NCBI RefSeq assembly: GCF_009914755.1
Contig: NC_060927.1
DNA: 64,000 nt
From: the human T2T-CHM13v2.0 reference genome, Homo sapiens
Strand: one strand, 5' to 3'
Below the pieces are notes generated by a model that did not search any database, was not told the origin of the DNA, and saw nothing but the letters and a program-made list of their open reading frames with translations. Positions within the stretch are counted from its first letter, which is position 1, and each line of letters begins with the position of its first letter. Positions 51,196-64,000 of the stretch are shown here, piece by piece. The translations under genes and the position numbers were made by a program.

Positions 51196-53141
51196 TCTCA
51201 TTGCACAGGAATGCTTGAATCTCTGTCACAGAAGCTCCTCGCAACTGCTTCATTCCCTTCACAGTTGGTAGGGTAGACTCTAGCCACATCTATAGTAATT
51301 TTAGCTCTGATCCTTAAGAAATGGGAATTGCTACTTTGGTCCAGCACTCCTCTGAGTATATCCTTTATCCCTGGCTAGTAGGAAGTCCGTTTATAGTCTA
51401 AAATTTGGTTCCCCAAGACAGTAGTACTAATAGGAAATCTCAGTCAGGGAGAATTTTAATTGTTACACGTTATAAGCAAAAAAGTAGACTCTGTGTGTAT
51501 GTGTAGAGCAGGAGATGAATTTTGAGGAGACTAATGTTGGATGTCCTCTCTTCGTCTTTGTTTTTTCAGACAATTTTCGTTGTTTTAAATCTAATGTATT
51601 AAATCATAATTGTGTTGGAAATTGTGTGCTGCTAGCTCTCTACATAAACACATTCCATAAGATCTAACATCTGAACTGAAAGACACAAAGATTCCGTAAG
51701 TCACTTGGGTAGATATACTTTCTGTTTGGTGGTTTCCACACTGTTTTCCAGGGAGTTCCCTCCAAGGCTGCCTGGGAGCAGGGGCGGGGTTAGGGGAATC
51801 TTCTCCCTTCCCCAGAACTCTCACGCTTCTGCAAATTGAACCAGGGTGGTTCTCCGGGTTTCATGTTTGCATTTTGAGTTTCAAAGTAAGGCTTTGGTGG
51901 CTAAAGAGAAACTGAAAATCGTTTGTACATATGACTGAATTCAACATTGCATGCAGCTGTTGGGGGCCAATTGCCACCGCTTGGATTGACATCCTTTCCT
52001 TCAAACAACCTGAGACATTTTAGCTTCCTCTGAATTGGACCAGCACTGGTGGCCTTGAACTTTCCTCCTGCAGCTCTGATGGCATTGGGGTTGTTTCAAA
52101 GGGAGTGTGTTTTTTTCTTTATGATATTGATAAAGTGCTTCTAAATGTGATCACTTAAATAGAGGAGAAGAAAAAAATGGAAAGAATTTAAAAATAATGC
52201 AGTATTTTCTGGGTATGCCAGCAAATTGCTTTTAGATATTGTTGTGGTGAATAGGACAAGAATTGAAAGAGAAGACCTGAGTTGTCATCCTGGCTCCCCC
52301 ATTATCTTTGTGATGATGGGACTCTCACGTCACCTCTGTGTGTCACAGAGGTTGTTAAGGGAGAAATCTGATTCAGGCTGAAACAGATTTTTTTGGGGGG
52401 ATGGATGTCCCCAACATACCTTGACAGCTCTTTAAAGTTAATGAGAATCATATGTACATGAAAAATTTCACAGAATTCTGAACTTATTTTCTCCTGCCTT
52501 TCTAGGAAAGATACTGAGCTTTAGATGAGAAGTGCCCTTTTATGATTCTCAAAAGTGAGCACAGAGCTTGCTTTTTAGCTGCTGTGTGACTTTCATCTTC
52601 TCTTATTAGAAGGCTCAGTGTGAAGGCTCTAAACACCTGTGTTCCCGTTGCCTGAAAAAATCATTCTCTCCCTTTTGGTTCTCCCTGTACTTACTGCACA
52701 GACATGGCTTTACTGATGTTTTCCACATATTTCCTCTTGTTTTTCCTGCAGAGTTTCCTCTCCCAAAATAAGAGGTCATCTACTTCTCCTAAGTACTTCA
52801 TCATATCAAAAGTTCTCAGAAATCTGAGAATGGTTGTCACCAGCCACTTCTCGGAGCACATGATCTCTCCTTTTTCAGCACCACCCAAGGTATTGCCTGA
52901 GCTTTTCTCCTCTCTCTTCCTTTTTCTTTTGTTTGCCAGACACTGGGCTAGGGACTGTGTATGGGTGTGGTGGAGGAAAGAGGGAAAGACACAAAAAAGA
53001 ATCAGAAACAAAACTGGCCCTGAAACAGTGCACAGTCTATCGGGGAGGCCAGGCATGCTCCCAAGTGATTCCAAGAGAGACTGCTGTGCCAAGTGCAATG
53101 AGAAGCACTGAGGGGTGAGAACCATCCATGACTAAGCACTG

Positions 53142-53142
<1 letters not shown>

Positions 53143-53179
<37 letters not shown>

Positions 53180-53453
53180 GTCTCACTCTGTCTCCCAGGC
53201 TGGAATGCAGTGGCGCAATCTCAGCTCACTGCAGCCTCCGCCTCCTGGGTTCAAGCAATTCTCCTGCCTCCGCGTTCCCTGTAGCTGTGATTACAGGTGC
53301 GAGCCAGCATGCCTGGCTAGTTTTTGTATTTTTAGTAGAGATGGGTTTTCACCATGTTGCCCAGGCTGCTCTCAAACTCCTGAACCCATGTGATCCGCCC
53401 TCCTCAGCTTCTCAAAGTGCTGGGATTACAGGCGTCAGCCACTGCTCCTGGAC
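53143..53453 (-). mobile_element. AluS with 34-nt poly(T) tail, TSD AGCACTGC
   Basis: Full dimer; T-run 53143-53176. Confidence 0.95.
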
Positions 53454-53773
53454 AGCACTGCCTCTTGATGTGTCTTGTCTTCCCATTTACATTGTATGCT
53501 CTTTAAAGTGGATACCAGTTATTTTTACCTTCCCAGTATCCATTTCTCCTTCTGGTAATGGCATCCTGATTTTGCATGAAAGACAATCCAGTGGGACTGT
53601 CAATCCAAGTGCCATCCCTTCTTCCTGCTAAAAGTTGGGAGTGAACCAGGTTAGACTAAACCAATTCTCCCTTTATGAAATTTGACCCTCAAGGAGAGAT
53701 GCAAGGATGGAAAGTGGTCAGAGCCAGTCTGTCTCATGACCACACTAGCAGCACTGGCCATGGTTCCAGGACT

Positions 53774-54354
53774 TGTGATGGTTAATATTAGGTGTCCACT
53801 TGATTGGATTGAAGGATGCCTAGATGGCTGGTGGAGTACTGTTTCTGGGTGTGTCTGTGAGGGTGTTGCCAGAGAAGACTGACAGTTGAGTTGGTGGCCT
53901 AGGAGAGGAAGACCCACACGCAGTGTGAATGGACACCATCCAATCAGCTGCCAGTGCAGCTAGAACGAAGCAGGTGGAAGGAGGTGGGATAAGACTGCTT
54001 GCCGAGTCTTCAGGCTTTCGTCTTTCTTCCCTGCTACATGGTTCCTTCTGTTCCTAATGCCCTTGGGCATCAGACTCCAGGTTCTTTGGCCTTTATACAC
54101 TGGGACTTGTACCAGTGACTTGCTGGGGGCTCTCAGGTCTTTGGCCTCAGACTGAAGGCTGTACTGTTGGCTTCCTTTGTTTTGAGGCTTTCGGACTCAG
54201 AATAAGCCACTATCAGCTTCTTTCTTCCCCAGCTTGCAGACAGCCTATTGTGTGGCTTTGCCTTGTAATCATGTGAGCCAGTTCTCCCTAATAAATGCCC
54301 TTTCTTATATACATATATCCTATTGGTTCTGTCTCTCTGGAGAAACCTAATACA
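53774..54354 (+). mobile_element. MLT2 (ERVL) solo LTR, ~580 bp, nested in an older MaLR-like LTR
   Basis: TGTGATGGTTAATATTAGGTGTC...gattggattgaaggatgc start; AATAAA; ...ctggagaaacctaataCA end. Confidence 0.88.
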
Positions 54355-54645
54355 ACTTGGATTTCTGGAACTATGCTGGCCCTGTTCTTAACATGGATGG
54401 GTAATTCAGCCTTTTTCACAATTCTATGAGTTAACTCCAAAGCCTTCCATATATTCATTTTTTAAACCTTAATTAGCTTGAGTCTACTTCTGCTGTTTGC
54501 ATATGTAGAACTCTAACAGATTCCTTTCTGGGAGCTAAATACCAGACCTGATAGTTCTCCATGTCCTCTCAATGCACTCCACACAAAGTAGGTGCTCAAT
54601 AAATACTGGTCAGTTAATAGTCTGAGGAAATGTACCACAAGCTAA

Positions 54646-55041
<396 letters not shown>

Positions 55042-56451
55042 TAAGGTTTTGTTCTACCCTACAACAATACTGAAAGCAAAGATGACCTCTTGCTTATTAG
55101 AGCCAGAGAGCTGTATTTTGCCTTAGCGGCACAGCAGAGACTTAAGTAGATCTATAGACAGTCTAGTCTTAGAAGTTCAGAGTTGGTGAAACCCTCAAGG
55201 TCATTTAGACCTAAAAGGGAGTTGCTTTGTAGTCAGGTCTCTGAGTATAAAGCACTCTAAATATTGGTAGCACTCTAAATATTAATCCTAGTCAAGTAAC
55301 CCAGTAAGAACCTTTGTCACTCAGTTCCAAGTTGACTCACTTTGTGAAATCTTTCAGAGTATAGCATAAATTAGATTTCTGCAAATTGAATTATAGTTTA
55401 AATGCTCTGGTGGAGTCTGAAAATTAAAAACAGGCACTGGAAAACTTTGTAAACTGAAAAATCCTGATGCAAAAAATAAACACCCTCCCCTACCAAAAAG
55501 ATGGGGTCTTTCAAGGACAGGTATTACTATTTCTGGAAAAAAATTTAAGAAATGCTCAAGAGTAAAGGTGTTATTTATATATGACTAATGTATTAACATC
55601 AATATCCGCATCTACATTTGTATCCATATACACAGATATTCCCTGCAGCCTTGTTAAGAATAGCCCAAATTGGGAAAGTCCAGAAGTCTATCCAAAAGGG
55701 AAAAGTTTACAGATATGAGAGCCAGAGCTATATATGTAAACATTGAAAGGTATCTAAATAACTTGTGTGGAAAAAGCAACTTGCAGAACAACTTGAAGAA
55801 TTTGGTTTGTTTCAGTTAAAAAAAAAAAAAAAGAAGTTTAATAGAAAAATTTATCCTAGATATTAAACATAGTTATGGGACGTTGGCTAAGACTTTTGGA
55901 AGCACCAGGCACCAAGAAGAGTAGAGCACTCCCACACAGATAATTCAAATTCAAACACACTAAATAATAAAATAGAGGCAAAAAGTCCAACTAAATTCTG
56001 ACTTTACTCATAATGCCTATCTCAGTTCTTTTCAAAATACTACATTGTTTTCAGCCAAAGTTAATGTCCCTATAGCCCTCACTTGGCATGAGCTTGCTCC
56101 CTTCTGGAATCCTCCATCCCTGGCAGGAGACTGGGCAGGGGTGGGAGTCTACTCTCCCCGACTTATCTCACATACTACTGTATTGTTCGAATTAAAAAAT
56201 TATGAGTATTCATTAATTTTTTAAAATTTAAAAGTGATATAAAAATAGAGAATAGAGCACAAGGGAGCCCTTTGGGTATTGGAAATGTTCTGTATCCTCC
56301 TCTGAATGGTGGTTACATGGATATATGTAAAAATTCATTAAGCTAAATGCATGAGCTCTGTGTATTTAAGTTATACCTCAGTTAAAAAGCATTCATTCAT
56401 TCTAGCAAATCTTTAATACTGATGTCTCTTAAGAGTTGAAGAGTTAGTTAC

Positions 56452-56518
56452 CTGCACCAATACAAAAAACCTTTTCTTCCATCTCTTCCAGACATTCTTA
56501 CCGATGGCCCATAAATAC
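56452..56518 (-). CDS. CADPS: CADPS coding exon (~exon 9, 67 nt), start of PH domain: (G)[22 protein letters not shown]
   Basis: Minus strand ctttctcctctcccttAG|GTATTTATGG...GTGCAG|GTAACT; 1+22x3 nt; translation matches the recalled CAPS1 PH domain; phase 0 end joins the next exon. Confidence 0.97.
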
Positions 56519-57094
56519 CTAAGGGAGAGGAGAAAGACCAGAGCTGCATTAATGCTTGAGTGAGTGAATTGTTGAACACACTTTGCCGTGAAGCTTGGTA
56601 CTTATAAACAAGGAAACGCACATGGCTCAGGAACGGGGCGCAGATTTTGGAGCTCTGTGGTTGAGCATAAACAACAGCAAGCACTTTTCACTTCCACTTA
56701 CAGGAGGAATTGAGGCCTATCATGAGACTTAGACTCCTTGACTGATTCCAGAAAGCACCTTGGAAAATGTGATGCTGCAACTTAATTTGTGTATGTGCTA
56801 AAAGTCTTTTAGGTAGGGGAACTCCTGAAAGACATTGCACAGGAAAGAAAAAAGAGGGTGCTAAATCTCACAACTCTTTTGCATCTTGTCAAGTTTCACT
56901 CAGGAAAACCTTCCCTTGTTTTCTTTTGCTGTATTGCAGGTGTATTACAGGGAGGAATGCAGGTACATTACAGGGAGCAAATTCCAAGTCAACATAGGAA
57001 GGTCTCCCCACTTCCTTCCTCCTTCTCCAAAAGCTCTTCTGTTGAAAGAAATTAATTTTTTTATACAGAAAAATAAAATAAAACGGAGGGTTGA

Positions 57095-57442
<348 letters not shown>

Positions 57443-58326
57443 GTAAGGTCAATATTACTAATCAATTCATGTATTATCCTATCTGCATTGTGGATTGTTA
57501 CATATTGAACTGGCACCGATCTAGGAATCCAGGCCTGGCATTTTTCAGGCTCTATCCAACTAAGAAAGGAGAGATCTGGTCATACCGAAATACATTCAAA
57601 TACCGAGTTCTAAAACTGGCTTTACCTGTCTACTGTCATCAACACCCACTGGAAAACTTCCAAATCCTCACTTTACCTCAAATCAGACAGAATTTCTGCT
57701 TTGGAACATAATGAAGAATGCACCTAATTAAAATTTTTCCTGCCTGACAAATTTCAGGGGCCCTTAAGAGTGGCTGGCAGCCAAAATCTATTCAGATCTT
57801 CAAGCCAGAAACCCAGGAGTCATCCTGGGTCCTTCTGTTTCCTCATCCTTATTCCTCAGTCGCCAAGTGCAGTTGAGTTTTTACCTCCTGGGGAGTTCCT
57901 CACGGCTCTGTCTTCCCTCTTCCCACTTCCACTATTTCAGTCCCCACCCACATTTTTTGCTTCCATGGACAATTATAGAGGAACCTCTTAATTGGTTTCA
58001 GGGACACGAGAATGATTTTCATCCTATTCCTGGAAACGAGACAGAGCTTACCACCTGCAAATCTTATCATGCCTTTTCCAAGCTAAAATTCCTTCAGTGC
58101 CTCCCCCCTACCCCCACCATTTATATGAAAAGTGCCTCAAACTTTGGCCTCTTACATTTCATCATTGGTCCCACATCTGTTCACCTATTCTATGATTTAC
58201 TTGACATTTTTCTTTAAATTAACTTACTTAACATGAATAAATCTATTTTGAAAAGTAAACTATATTATAGGCTTTGATATACCAATTATACATTATGTAG
58301 CACATATTAAAATACATAAATGATTA

Positions 58327-58976
<650 letters not shown>

Positions 58977-60919
58977 TATTTGATCCATGCTCGTCTATAT
59001 ATCATTAAAACCATCTTGTGCACTATCAGTGCCATGAATGCACTTGGGAAAACTTTAGCCTATAGGGACAAAGTCCAGCATCTTGACCTAGCCTAAAAAA
59101 CTTTTAATTTTCCATCTCTGCTTACCCCCTTGACTTGGCTTCTGCCCATTGTATTATCTACATTGTGTATCTGTAATTCCTGACCACACCATAAAAATTC
59201 ACACCTCTGTAACTTGGTACAACCTATGCTGCCTGGGATGCCTTCTCCCTGCTCCTCATGGGAAAACTCATATTCTCCCTCAGTTTAAACCTTTACTTTG
59301 ATGTCATCATCTCCTAGGCCTTGTAGATAATTCTGCTGTTACAGTTATCACACAGCTTTAATTTATTTGTGGTTATATTTATTGTTCCTACTGAACTGTG
59401 AGTTTCTGGAGGGAAGGAACCCTGGTCCTGCTTTCTAAATACTTAGCATAGAAACATGTTCTTCTTTCTGAATTCCTTTCAGTTCCTGATAGATGGTAAC
59501 TGGTCAATAGACATTTGTTATAGTTCAGTTGGTTTTAAGTGCCATGCTCTTGCGAGATCAGAGCGATCTTTCTAAAGATTTCTGATGAGATTTTAAAACA
59601 CTGCATAAAAACATGTAATCCATTGCCAAGTTCTTCAAGCTTTCCTTCCCAAATGTATCCCATCTCATTCCATCCCCACTGCAACTCCCCAGTCAAGTCA
59701 CCATCAACACCACCTGGACCATGACAGGAGTCCGCTAACTGGCCTCCCTACTTTCCTTCTCATCTCTATGCTCCATTCATCCCATGGTAGCTAGACTGAC
59801 CTCTTAAATGGGTAAATCAGATCGCCAGTATGCTGATTCTAAATATGAATGGGAAACTATGGCAGGGTTTTAAGAATGCAGGAGGGGTGACACCATCATA
59901 TTTCTATTTAAGAAGATCTCACTGGCTGCTGGATAGAGAATACACTGTAGGAGGAAGCGGGGCAAGAGAGAAAGCAAAGAGATTAGTGAAGAGCTGGTCA
60001 CAGGGGCTCAGGCAAGAGAGGTGATGGCTGGACCAAAGCTGAGCCAGGGAGCATCGACCGGATGACTGATAAGTTTATCAACCTTGTGCTGCTGATGAGG
60101 CCAGCACAAACAGCTCTGGGGTTACATAGATCATCTAGCTGTCCTGGTCAGTGCTTAAAATAATATATTAATGTTTTCATGCAGTAAATAGACATAAGAG
60201 GGAGGTTCAGCCAGGGCTAAGGAGACAGATTATTGGCTTGTAACAGTTAAGAGTATAATCTTCCAGTTCCAGTTCTACCAGTTACTGTGAAATGTTGGTC
60301 AAGATGCTTAACCTCTTGGTGCTCTGTAAGACAGGTCAGTAATGGTTCCTAACTCACAGGGCTGTTGTGAGGATTAAATGAGACAGTGCTTGTGAAGTAT
60401 AAGCATGAGGCATGTCAGGAAGTAGGTGTACAATAAATGTCAGCTTTATTACAAAATCTCTGTACGGACAGAGAAAATGTATCATTTTAGCAGCAAACAA
60501 TAACTTAAATATGTGAAAGGAAATCTTGGACTTAGGTACAAAGGGAAGTAGATGACTTCAAAGATCAAATTCAGGAAGTGGGCAAGAAATTTTGTAGTTG
60601 TTTTAGTAATGACTAGCAAGATTGTAACAGCCTCACACTTTTCTGGAATTATATCTGGCAGCTACTAACCATTTCCCTTTACTTTGCATCCATAGAAAGA
60701 GATTTGCAACAATGAATATAGCTACAATATCTATTGTGTATATAATCATAAGACATGAGAATAAAAGTAGAAAAAGAAGTTCATAGAACCCATAGAGTGT
60801 AATTCATATTGAATCATTAACTATTTCTTCATAATAAAAACAATAGCTACTACTTAGTGAAGTGTTACAAGTTTTCTGTGCTGTGCCAGTCACTTTATGT
60901 GAATTTATTACACTCATCT

Positions 60920-61270
60920 GGAAGAGTTAAGTGCTTAAATATGGAGATATGTTACCCAGATTCATGTGCAAACTTGGGCAAATAAATTACTAGAGTTATC
61001 TCTACTTCAGTTTTCTCATCTTTACAATGGGGATAATAATAATGGTACCTACCTCAAGGGTTGTGAGGATTAAAGTAGAAATATAAAGTGCTTAGAACAA
61101 TAGCTAGCTTAAAGTAAATACTTGCTATTAGATATATCATTATATACTATTATTCCTATTTTACAGTTGAGGGAGCTGAGGCTGAGAAAGTTTAAGTAAC
61201 TTTCCTAGGTTCCACAGCTGATGAAGGACACAGCCAGAAATTAAACTCAAAACAGCCTAACTCTAAAGCA
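60920..61270. mobile_element. Tail-to-tail MIR pair (+ 60920-61140, - 61150-61270)
   Basis: cagttttctcatctttacaatggggataataat versus ctattttacagttgagggagctgaggct. Confidence 0.7.
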
Positions 61271-61814
61271 CCCTCTTCTTCACACTCTTCCTCCTTCCTT
61301 CTAGATGACAAACTTTGGTTTCTTTTTTTGAAGTAAGAACATGAGTCACGATTCTAATTGAACAGAGGGGATTTCTGGTTAAAGGCTTCCGAATGGGAAA
61401 GCTGGTGGGATCAGAGAAAAAGTAACAATTTTCCTTTGGAAAGTCTGCTTGAGGGAGGGGCTTTCCCTCTGAGGTTTTCCTCGGAATTTATTGCTAATTT
61501 GGCACATACCAGAAGGTGTCAAAACCAAGAAAAACTGAGGGCTGAGATGTACTGTTTCTGTCTAGTCAGCTCCGGCTCTGCGTTTTCTTGGGTGGAAACA
61601 TGCTCATTAAATAGGATACACAGTACCTGGAGCAGATGGAAGTTCTGTTATTGCAGACATACAGGTGGCTTCCCTCCTAGCTCCTCACACTACAGGCAGA
61701 TCTATTTGTGTGGGCATTAGTGGCCCTGAACTCTCTGTTTTCAAGCTGTCCGGGTATGTGGAAATCTGGATTTACCAATAGACAAAGCAGTATTCTAATG
61801 TAGTCAGTGGCAGT

Positions 61815-62045
61815 TTAGACGAGTGGTTATATCTCAGACTAAAGGAGAAACACCTAAGTGGGAATTCTGGCCCTGTCATTAACTTTCCTTTGGCTTAGCT
61901 GCCCTGTGCCTCAGTTTCCTTAGCTGTAAGATGGGGATAACCTAACAGTTACTTTATAGAGTTCTTGTGAGAACTCATGGGGGTGATATGTGTCAAGAGC
62001 TTAGCACGCTCACTGGCACGTGGTAAGGGCTGGATAAGTATTATT
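61815..62045 (+). mobile_element. MIR SINE
   Basis: ctgtgcctcagtttccttagctgtaagatggggata. Confidence 0.75.
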
Positions 62046-62096
62046 GTTATTGTTGTTATGTGTGCTACTATTTGTAGTATTAAAAATAGCAGTCCT

Positions 62097-62368
62097 CACG
62101 GTGGCTCACACCTGTACTCCTAGCACTTTGGGAGGCTGAGGTGCACAGATCAGTTGAGGTTAGAAGATTGAGATCAGCCTGGCCAACATGGTGAAGACCC
62201 ATTTCTACTGAAAAAAAAAAAAAATTAGCTGGGCATGGTGGTATGCATCTGTAGTCCCAGCTACTCGGGAGGCTGAGGTACGAGAATCAGTTGAACCTGG
62301 AAACGGAGGTTGCAGTGAGCTGAGATCACACCACTGCACTTCAGCCTGGGTGACAGAGCAAGACTCTG

Positions 62369-62402
<34 letters not shown>
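62097..62402 (+). mobile_element. Alu (S/J), slightly 5'-truncated, ~30-nt A tail, TSD AGCAGTCCT
   Basis: Dimer, tail and TSD. Confidence 0.93.
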
Positions 62403-62404
<2 letters not shown>

Positions 62405-63449
62405 CAGTCCTAGTAGAAAGAGTAAATAATTTTGGGTGCACATCTGTTGGGAAGGAAAGTGAGGTACACATGTCTGGGTTTGGAGCTCCAGGCCATATTT
62501 TGTATCATGATTTGAATGTATCCTCTCTTATGATATTTTTGTAAAATTCTTGCTACTGGGTCACTGACATCTCTGTTATTCACTGGGGACGTTTTAGTTA
62601 TATGAGAGACCAGAGTGAGCGAGCTACAAAGGATTAAAAAAAGAAGAGGAAGATTCATCTGTGTTCAACTTTAGTTCCAGGAATCCCCCAAAATTGCTGA
62701 ACCCTGGAAGACCCCTCTGGCCTCAGTGTCCCTCTGCTCTGGGACTACTTGGTAGGGTAGCACCCATGGCAATGCTTGTAACTTTTCATTTGAATAAAAA
62801 AATGAGGCAGTCTTCTCTCATATGGTATTTGTGAATTTAACGTGAATTAGTAACATGGCTCTTTTTATTAAATATCTACTCTTGGAATTTTCAAGTATAC
62901 AATGTATTGTTATTAATCATAGTCACCATATTGCACAATAGGTCTCTTGAACTTATTCCTCCTTGTCAGAAATTCTTCATAAAAATTTCTTATAAGAACA
63001 GAAGTTGCAGTGAGACAAGAACCATGATTCCTACAGGGATGCTTTTGTCCTCTTCTTGGGTGTCAAGGAGAAGATGGAGAGCAGGGAGACTCCAGGTACC
63101 TCAGCTATCTTATAGCAGCCCAGCAAGAAGAAGCATGGGCTGGAAAAAAGTACAAAGAATAAATGAAAGCAAATAACAATGATGATTACAACCAACACCA
63201 CTAACAACAATAACTCTTCTATAGCTGTAGCTATTAACCATGTATGAGACCTTGTTCTAAATACTGCACATGTATTAGCTCACTTAGTCCTCACAACAAC
63301 CCTACAAGACAAACACTGTTGTTATTTCTGCTTTACGTTGAGCAAAATGAAGTCCAGAGGGGTTAAGAAACTTGCCTACAGCTAGTAAGTGGTTGTGGCA
63401 GGAATTGCATTCTAGGCAATTTGATCTAATTGGCATTTAGGGATAACAA

Positions 63450-63914
63450 TACAATAAAGAAGACAAAGTAGAATCACAAAGATATTCAGCTAATTCCAAA
63501 GAAAGCAGAAAAATAGGAAAAAGGTAACAAAGATCAGATAGGACAAACAGAAAATAAAAAGCAAGGATGACAAACAACAAAATAAGTTTAAACCTATCAA
63601 TAATAACATTAAATGCAAATAGGCTAAATATCTCAACTAAAAGGCAAGGATCTTCAAATTTGAGTTAAAAAGTTAGACCTCACTCTATGCTGCCTATAAG
63701 AAATGCACTTTTTAAAGACACGAATAGGTTAAAAATAAAAAGATAGAAAAAAAAAAAGATTTACCATGCTAACACTTTTTTTTTTTTTTTACAAAAAAAG
63801 CTGGAGGGGCTATATCACTGTCACACAAAGTAAATTGCAGGTGAAGAATACTGCTGGGGATCAAGAAGATTATTTCATAATGTAAAAGGAGTAAGTCAAT
63901 CAAGAAGACATAAC
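63450..63914 (+). mobile_element. Old L1M fragment (inter-ORF / start of ORF2 endonuclease region, decayed)
   Basis: A-rich; 'ataataacattaaatgcaaataggctaaata', 'ctatgctgcctataagaaatgcact', 'caatcaagaagacataaca'. Confidence 0.7.
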
Positions 63915-64000
63915 AGCCGGGTGTGGTGGCTCACGCCTGTAATCCCAGCACTTTGGGAGGCTGAGGCAGGCAGATCATGAGGTCAGGAGATCGAGACAAT
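63915..64000 (+). mobile_element. Alu (Y/Sc-like) 5' part, cut by window end
   Basis: gccgggtgtggtggctcacgcctgtaatccc...catgaggtcaggagatcgagac. Confidence 0.92.

Noticed and set aside
52874-52894. REST/RE1-like TTCAGCACCAC (also a half site near 50773 and a spaced site near 3163-3185)
   Set aside because: Only half-sites or wrong spacing; no full RE1 match
52691-53125. Antiparallel 144-aa and 135-aa ORFs
   Set aside because: No homology recognised and no exon boundaries in phase with CADPS; expected by chance in 64 kb
55251-55284. Direct repeat AGCACTCTAAATATT x2
   Set aside because: Simple local duplication; two copies only, no array or CRISPR-like spacing

Overview
Human (or great-ape) genomic DNA, mostly intronic, lying inside the minus-strand gene CADPS (CAPS1, Ca2+-dependent secretion activator). 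I placed eight constitutive coding exons by splice sites and phase continuity (56452-56518, 42981-43089, 35487-35699, 22029-22165, 18455-18642, 3735-3836, 2166-2229, 1645-1768; roughly exons 9-16). They encode the PH domain and the linker toward the MUN domain, and they match the CAPS1 protein as I remember it. Two frame-preserving cassette exons are also present: a 12-nt microexon (30432-30443, F-Y-A becomes F-SGLK-D-A) and a 159/135-nt Pro/Lys-rich exon (16242-16400 or 16242-16376) surrounded by RBFOX, NOVA and UG motifs. The intron after the 137-nt exon has a GC donor. The remainder is Alu, L1, L2, MIR, MER and LTR relics plus microsatellites. Apart from the few ORF-track entries that overlap these exons, I see no coding support for the listed ORFs. 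There is no prokaryote-style system (no CRISPR, operon or phage). The best candidate for an undescribed system is a dense neuronal splicing-control module in an Alu-free 25-kb block, together with a few enhancer-like motif clusters. Repeat subfamily calls are from memory of consensus sequences and their boundaries are approximate.
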